64,000 nt of DNA from Bugula neritina (taxonomy: Eukaryota > Animalia > Bryozoa): contig OZ037769.1 of the NCBI GenBank assembly GCA_964035545.1, positions 12,740,633 to 12,804,632 on the forward strand. The letters run 5' to 3'. Under the pieces are notes generated by a model, which was not told the DNA's origin, made no database searches, and worked only from the letters and a program-made list of their open reading frames with translations. The position numbers and the translations under genes were made by a program. The first letter of the stretch is position 1; each line of letters opens with the position of its first letter. Below are positions 56,301 through 64,000 of the stretch, piece by piece.

Positions 56301-59300
56301 GTAGCCAATTTCTACTAGCAAATCAGCTTTAGCATAGCCATTAATGTTTAATCTCTCAAAAATATTTAATGCTGCTTTGTAATTGGTCCATGAAGAATCA
56401 TATTCAAGCATTCTTACTTGAAGTGCTGCGATCTGTCTATAGCACTGAGCAACATCAAAATGATCATCAAAATGCAGACTTTTTGTCATAGCCAAAGCTT
56501 TGGTGTAAAAGCTTAATGACAGTTCATAATTATGCATGTTTTCATGCAGTTGACCTAAACCACTTAATAGCAAAGCTATGTCAGGGTGGTTAGTTTGGTT
56601 TGTGTGAACTTCCAGCAATTTAGCCAAATGATGCTCAAGGCATTTGATTCCTTCATCATGTTCACCATTTTCTGAGCGCACCACTGCAAGTGAGACAACC
56701 ATATCCACATAATGGCTACCCAGCTGACCTCGTGGTTTATGAGAATGCAAGCTATCAAAAAGACTTATTGCTGTGCTTGCTATTTCTTCAGCTTGCAAGT
56801 AGTTTTTTACATTTCTGTGCGCTGAACTGGTCACGCGAAACGCCTGTGCAACTGTTTCAAAAAACTCATCATTTTCATGTTTTGGTGTCTTGACTTGCTC
56901 TCTGATAAATCTGTACAATGTCTGTTTAGGTTTTAAGTGGTACAATTCTCTGATTGCAGTACAAACCTCATTTAATAAAGAAAATACCTCTTGGTACTCA
57001 TAGAGGTGATTAGCAGACTCAGCTGCTAGAACCTTCCACTTCAATCTATTAGAAAGAGAATATTCAGAATTTCTTGCTAGCCATATAAAATATTTAAAAC
57101 AGAACTCATAGCTTCTACAAGAATATAGTAAGTAGGCAGCCATTTCTAAATAGTTTGTTTTACCATTCAAATCGTCGACACCAACAGTTTGCAAAGAAAA
57201 TTGAGTGAGATCTTTACTAACTGATGTCTGCATAATATTCAAAAAGTTTTCTGGCTCATGGAGAAAGATTTCTTTTTTACAATTAGCATAAATTGTGTTC
57301 AGAGCTTTCTCAAAAGCTCCACAAAAGTATTCAACTTCAATCCTCCATGTAAATCCAAGCTGATGTAAAGTTACCTGGTCCAAAAGCTGTCTCAAAATGT
57401 CATGACTTTTACACGGCTGTTGGTTTTTGATAATTTGCATGTTTCTTCTAATTGATAACTTGAAAGGAATAAACAAGTATGCTAACAACATAAACCAGTC
57501 GCGGGGCAGATGATAGATTGATTTGCTAGTGCTTCCAGTTGAAGCTAGGTACAATGAAAGTTGATCATATTGGGTTTCCAACTGAAGGTATGCATGTGTC
57601 CTAATATATATGGCAAGAGCTGATATTAAGTTCAGGTTAAATCTCTGAGTTTGACTGATAAATTCTAGCCTCTCTAACTCAAGATGCACTCTCCAAGGAG
57701 TAGCTTCATGTAGTGCAATCAGGAGTCTGATGTGATCTGCTAAAATGGTTGGGTATCTAAATACATCAGCTTTGACTTTGAGCTTAGTGTTGTCAGGGGG
57801 ACCAAAAGATGTGAACTTTGGCAAAAACTGATAAGACTGAATGTCTGTAGTGAGCAGGTTTAATCTCTTTTCAATCATATGTGACTGAGTTGCCTGTTTT
57901 GTTAGAATATTCTGAAACTTTTCAAGGAGACTGTTAAAAAGCTTATCACCACCTCCATGTGTGTAGATGACAGCAATTGATGACAACAGATCGGCTATGT
58001 CAGCTATATCACCAGCTGGTGAAGCTAATGTTTTGGAGTACAATGATACAAACTCATCTACCGTCAGTATCAAATTTTTATCACCATCTCCCTTTCCCGT
58101 AGGAATGTTCCCGGCATTTTTCGATATACCGTCAATACGAAACCCTACAGCACCAACATCTGTGAATGATTTACCTACTTCAGAGATATTGAAACCTTTT
58201 AATGGGGACTCTTTCATGTTTCCTATCCTAAAATAGGTATCCATTGCTAGCTTTGTAAAATAGTCCATATGATTGTCAGACTCAACAACAAAAGCATATT
58301 CCAGATCTGAGTACGGAGTGGCTGTGCCACGAGCAACTGAACCCAGACCAACTACAGCAAATGAACAAGGAACCTTCAAACCAGCTTTACTCAAAATCTC
58401 AACACTTGATTGCATGAAATGCTTAGAAATTGAAATAAACTTTTCACAGCAGTTTTGACTGCGCTCAAAGACCAATGTAGAAAAGCTTTCCAGCTGAGTC
58501 TGTGCTGATGAAAGTGAATCAAGTTTAAGGTAACTAGTGTTAATTGAATCAAAGTCATCTTTAGTTTCTTTTCTATAGCTTTTTAGGATGTCTAAATATT
58601 TTCTTGTCAATGTTTGATGGTCTTCATAGCTCAGGGGATGCCTACCTTTGTACCAATTATCTTCAATCTGGTAGACTCTCTTCTGTCTTTCTTCACTAAA
58701 CTCCAGAGCCAAAGACCTGTTGGCTAGTCCATGAGCCTAAAGTAATTATGGAGTGATATGGCAGTAGTTTTAACATGCAATACTATAGTATTTTACTCCA
58801 AGAAAAAAATTGTATTGTTTGCTGTAAAATAATTGCCACCACTGAGAATCGAACCCGAGTCCTCTGGCTTGCAAGCAAGTGTGCTACCATTACACCACGG
58901 AGGCCACTGGGTAACTTCAACACTACATTTGCTTCACCAACTTATTATATATTATACTACCATATATGACATGAATAAATTAAGAATTTCCAACAATTTC
59001 AGGCTTTCTATTTCTCACAATATGACTTGATAATAAAGCATTAAAGTTTTGTTGCAAATATATTTAATTCATTATATTATTTATAAACCTTTGAAGACTG
59101 ATAATGCTCTTAGAAAACTAACAATATATTAAATTATTCAGCAATATAATTGATAATTGCTTGTTTCAAAGTTTTGCAGGAGTATAACCTTCAGCTTTTT
59201 TAATATCATCTTTAAATTAAACAAATGGATGAGTATCTCTGCAGGTCTAAATATTTTTTACTTAAGATAAAATATGATATTAAAATAATTGTTAAAAACT

Positions 59301-59435
59301 AAAGTAAATATTGTTTTATTTAGCATTTAGTAACAAACAATAAAATACCTGTAAGTGATGAACCCAATTTTCACTAGTTTTGGCAAGCTCTTGATACTTT
59401 ATGGTAAGCTTGTCCAGTATTGATATACAACTCAT
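53391..59435 (-). CDS. Nucleotidyltransferase (GlnD/DUF294-like, pol-beta superfamily) fused to a long TPR array, ~1810 aa
   Basis: One 5.35-kb exon 58736-53391, entered at tttag|GCT. A probable upstream exon 59439-59349 supplies MSCISILDKL...HHLQ in phase. Motif FAVVGLGSVARGTATPYSDLEYAFVVE (58290-58362), then GFRIDG...GNIPTG, a helical DUF294_C/HEPN-like segment (KADVFRYPT...AIYIRTHAYLQ), and about 15 regular 44-aa TPR units (~53870-55841) plus more degenerate ones. Confidence 0.9.
58835..58930 (-). mobile_element. tRNA-like repeat, family 2 (intronic)
   Basis: GCCTCCGTGGTGTAATGGTAGCACA...GGGTTCGATTCTCAGTGGTGGC has A and B boxes but an imperfect cloverleaf. Related copies at 2961 and ~30075. 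Confidence 0.6.
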
Positions 59436-62400
59436 TCTTCTACAACAATTAAAACAGTTTTATAGGAAAGTTAAAACGTTGAAGTTGTCAGCTGTTGAAA
59501 AATGTTGATCAAACATAATAGTTAGAAATTTTTATGCCAGCTACAAATCAGTTTTAATACTAAGTTTATTTAATGACATGCAGCATAAAATGCCAAAACA
59601 ACCCTTAATACCACATATGTAAGAGTTTATAAAAAAAAACATAGGTCTTTGTTGCAACGTTGTATTTGTAGCTATATTAAAGAAAGATAAAACAGCCCGA
59701 CATGGTATTTTAAATATCTTTGCAGTATCAGCAGTTTGCACAGCATAATTATTTTTAACTGAGTTTATAGCTTACCGTTTAAGCTTTAAACTATATAGAT
59801 CAAAGAAATTTTTGTTGAAATAAATATAGCTACAAGCTTTTTGATTGAAAGATAAATTTTAGAAAACTCTTTTAAAGAAAATATTTGGTAATAATAAGTT
59901 ATTGTTGAAAGGACAAGCTGATTATGCAATAACCTTATACAATTTGTGCATGCAGCTTTATTTATGCGTAGATATCGCTTTGAAGTAGTATATATATAAA
60001 ATAATTATTATAATCATCATTACATTGCAGTTAATTTTCTGCATCTAAATAATTATATTTAAAAACTATCTATTTTTATTTGAGATCAATTAAAATTTTT
60101 TTCTTTATAAAGTAAATAATGACTGAAACATACACTTCAAGTTGTTTATAATTTTATTGATATTAGAGAATAAAAAGATGTACATTTAACTTACCAAAGA
60201 AGTATAGAATAAACCAGTGCTGCCTTCAGTTTTTAAGAACTATGGCTACACATCTAGTCTTCACAACTCAAGTCTGTTAAAGTAATTTTATAACCTGCAA
60301 AAAATGTTTAAAGTTCAATAAACAGTTTATTTTGCAGCTTTTAATAAAACATATTGCAGTTTTTATAGCTATAAAATATATTGCGACTGACCGATTTACT
60401 AAGGGCATCTTTAGTTGCTATAATACAATGTGCCACGCTATGTTTTTGTATTTTTATATTATATAAATATTGCCAGTTTGCACCAGCCTTTTCATTCTCT
60501 GATGTTTCTGTTTACAAATGATGCTCTCTGCGAAACATTATATAAAGCTAGTATAAAATAATGGAATTCAAGTTTCATTGAGATTGGTAAGAGTGTCACA
60601 GTAGAACAATTACTCACATAGCTATATAGTTGATAAATTACTAAATGTACTATTTGAGGAACTAAAACACATGGTAAATATGCTTCTTTTGTTTCGAAAT
60701 ACATGAATACATTATATAAAGCTGCAATAGGTATAAAATAGTATATTTGAAATTTCATTGACACTATAAGTATCCTAAATGAATGTTTTCATTGGCATAA
60801 ATAGATTACTTTTGCACGAGTCAGTACTAAATGCTATACGAAATGCCTCGAGATATAATATTAATCACTGAGACTACTGAGGGAACTAAAGTTTGTGCAT
60901 TGCAATGTGATGATTATACAGCTTAGCTATATTAGCAAGTTTCACGTTTGAATGATTGGCATAAGGAAATGAATGTTACATTCCTAACCAATTATTCGCC
61001 ATAATGCTAAGAAATTTCATGGTTGGGGAGCTAGTTTATAGTTGTTAGTGCAACAAAAGCTTTTTGGTCAAAGCTCTTAGTAAAGGATTTTTGATAAAAG
61101 CTTTCTTGTGAAAGCTTTTTGACAATAGCTTTTCTTGGTGGTAGCTATTTTTGTTGTGCAGTATGAGTCAATGCAGCTAAAGAAGTGAAAGAGAAAAGTT
61201 GGTTGCTAGCCTGATCACTTCTCTCAGAGTTTTCCTTTTCTATAGAAGATGCACATAACTCACAATCTATTGACAAAATACCTGTGAGTATCATGTTATC
61301 TATTGTTTATATTTAAGTGAAAATTCTTTAAGCAATAACTGTAATAATATTGAGTGTAAACTTAACCAGACTATTTATATTTTGGATTAGTTACAGTTAC
61401 AATGAAATTGGATTCATTCCAGATATAAATGCTCCATAGTTAGATATATGCCTTAAATCACACGCCCTACATAAAATATGATTAATATTATGGTACCAAG
61501 ATAGATAAAGCGGCAGTGGGAATTGTCTAAGTGGAAAATTTAGCCTTATTATAGCATCTATATTTATGTTACTCTATAGTGCGAGTTTTACAATTGAAAA
61601 TGAAAATACTTCTTGTATAGGTATTTTAAATCTTCTAGCTCCCATAAACTATAAACTGAGAGCTATATCATTTAAACCTATTCAGGGCAAGTGTACTTTG
61701 AATCTGAAATAATATATATGCATGATCATTTCTTTGAAACTAGCTAACTGCTATATAATAGAATATGATCTGTGTTAACACCACAATTTCTTGACAATCA
61801 ATTTATAATCTTCACTGCTGTCATGATATTAATTGCATTAAAAGTGCAGCTGGAAATATACTATATTATAAATGACGACTTCAACCAAATTAATAATATA
61901 TTAACATTAAAATGAACAAAGTATATCAATTTAATGAATTTCTATATTTACCTGTTAGAAGTTTTAGATTCCTTTATGTTTCTCTATGGGTGAACTAGAC
62001 AAGGTAGCCTTTAGGCACATCCCTCTCATCTACAGAACCACCTGTTGCTAAGTGACAAAGCTATAGCATGGCACTAAGAACCGTGAATTGCATTAATCAT
62101 CTCATATATGATTGGCTACAGATTATTCAATAATAAGTTAGTATATATCCAGGGAAAATTTAATTCCCAGTGGCAATTCTTGCAACATTTATTTAAGGAA
62201 AAGTTGGTTATTATAGGTAATGGGAGATGAGCTGAGGCGTTGTAATATCCTCTGCAAATTTCACTTATTTAGTATGCTTAGTTAAAATGAAAAGTTAATT
62301 ATTGCAGTTTTTATGGGCTGATAATCTGGGAATATAGGGCTTAAAATTCTCTTTATGCAGTTCAGAGAAAACTTTAACTGACTAAAATACCTTAATTACA

Positions 62401-63364
62401 GTTTTAAATTAACCAAAGTCATTTCCCAAACTTGAAGTTCCAGATTGTTTCAGGACAAACGTAAGAAATTATAAGCTGATTTCATGACATGGCAAGTGAA
62501 AGTTGATTTACTGCATAGCTTTGGAAGGAGACCATCTAAAAGTAAATAGTAATAAGCCTCTTTTCAATGCTAATATATCTCTTGCCTATTTACTGAGTTA
62601 AGTAGGCCTACTATAATCTAGTATTTATAAGTACCTATGTTATAGTTCTTAAAGTCACTCAAGCCAATAAATGATATATTGCAAGATTCTTAGTCACTCA
62701 AGCTATTCAACTGTAGAGAAATTAGTTGCTATATACTGGTAAGAATGTCACAAAAGAAAAATGATTCCTTTAGCTATGGATTACTGAATGTACTGTTTAA
62801 GGAACTAAGCCCTGTCAAGATTTACATGTTGAGAAATACAAGAATGATATATTGTCCTCATAAAAGCATTGAACCGGTTACTTGAAATATATGCCACATA
62901 TAGCATACTGTCTAGCGTAATATAGTTCAAACTACAAAACTGCCTTAATTTAGTGCATTTGCTATACAATACAATTGAAGCTTTCTCCAAATTGCTCCCC
63001 ATAGTTTCTATTAACATGTTAAATTAAATTTAAAACTATTATATATATATTGATTAGTATAAATTATTTATAATTCTCACCTATTCTCACCTATATAATC
63101 TTCGCTTTGTCCTGTTTGGGTAGAAGGAATTACTATATTTATAAATTAGCTCTAAACTGCATGCTATATACTCACTGTGAATTGAGCACAGTAATATGCA
63201 GTTCACTCAGAGCCTGGATATGCATGTAACTGCTTTTGCAAACCTTTTCTGGGTTAACCTGGAATCTTAACAGAATTACTCTGCTTTTAGCTCAAGAATC
63301 AGTGATTGTAGATGAACTTCTTCATGCAGACCTGTCCAGCATGTTTTAACTATGATGTGGCTTA

Positions 63365-63870
63365 CAGCATGAGGGCAGACAACTACCTATTACAGATTGG
63401 TGCACATCATAAGAGCAGACAACTACCTGCTATACAGAGTAGTATGCAATATAAGGGCAGACAACTACCTATCACAGACTAGTGAAATGTTAAGGATCGA
63501 GTGGACAACTACCTATTGCAGAATAGTATGTGACATAAGGGTAGACAACTACTTATTGCAGATTGGTGTACATATCAAGGGCAGACAACTTCTTGCTAAA
63601 AAATAGTGGAAAGCATAAAAATCAACTACCTAGCTATTACAGGCTGGTGTACAGCGTAAGGGTAGACGACTACCTATTACAGACTAGTGTAAAATATAAG
63701 GGTAGACAACTACCTATTACATACTAGTGTAAAATATAAGGGTAGACAACTACCTATTACAGACTAGTGTAAAATATAAGGGTAGACAACTACCTATTAC
63801 AGACTAATGCAAACCAAAAGATTAGACAACTACCTTATAAAGACTGGTGTAAAGTATAAGGGTGGACAGC
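63365..63870. repeat. ~40-bp tandem minisatellite (GGTAGACAACTACCTATTACAGACTAGTGTAAAATATAAG)
   Basis: About 12 units, near-identical at 63660-63810 and more diverged to the left. Confidence 0.92.
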
Positions 63871-64000
63871 GCTACCATAATTTCATGAAATACATATAAT
63901 ATTGACATGAATCAATTTTTTTTTATAACAAGAATACAAACAACTGTATATCAGTAAGTTTTAGGGTGATGAATAAATCAAATACATATCTTTTAGCCAT

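Noticed and set aside
53391-58712. Bacterial contamination as the source of the long ORF
   Set aside because: It is entered by a splice acceptor, flanked by host repeats and has host-like AT content, with no operon context.
58835-58905. Functional tRNA gene
   Set aside because: The anticodon arm has a mismatch and a 6-nt loop, the acceptor stem is imperfect, and degenerate relatives occur elsewhere.
63365-63870. CRISPR-like look (conserved core with variable intervening bases)
   Set aside because: The intervening parts are homologous to each other, there are no cas genes, and the context is eukaryotic. It is a minisatellite.

Overview
AT-rich, intron-rich eukaryotic (invertebrate animal) DNA; most short entries in the ORF track are exon fragments or repeat noise, so I rebuilt genes from GT-AG boundaries and reading-frame phase. 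Contents: (1) a large inverted duplication (arms ~1-3590 and ~15450-18880+) carrying two outward-facing copies of a secreted protein with a Zn-deaminase signature (HxE...PC-x15-C), probably AID/APOBEC-like; the right copy has two apparent -1 frameshifts; (2) a complete 10-exon SLC22 transporter gene (536 aa) in the spacer; (3) a decayed Ty3/Gypsy retrotransposon; (4) two directly duplicated RING-Bbox-Bbox-coiled-coil TRIM genes with no C-terminal domain (one intact, one frameshifted) plus a third fragment; (5) between them, on the other strand, a secreted NHL-type beta-propeller gene; (6) a CCDC127-like gene; (7) a ~1,800-aa protein fusing a GlnD/DUF294-like nucleotidyltransferase to a long 44-aa TPR array, almost all in one 5.3-kb exon; (8) SINEs, MITEs, micro- and minisatellites. 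The best candidates for undescribed biology are the secreted deaminase pair and the NTase-TPR protein, in what looks like a fast-evolving defence-gene neighbourhood (inference). All family assignments come from motif recognition by eye; no searches were run.
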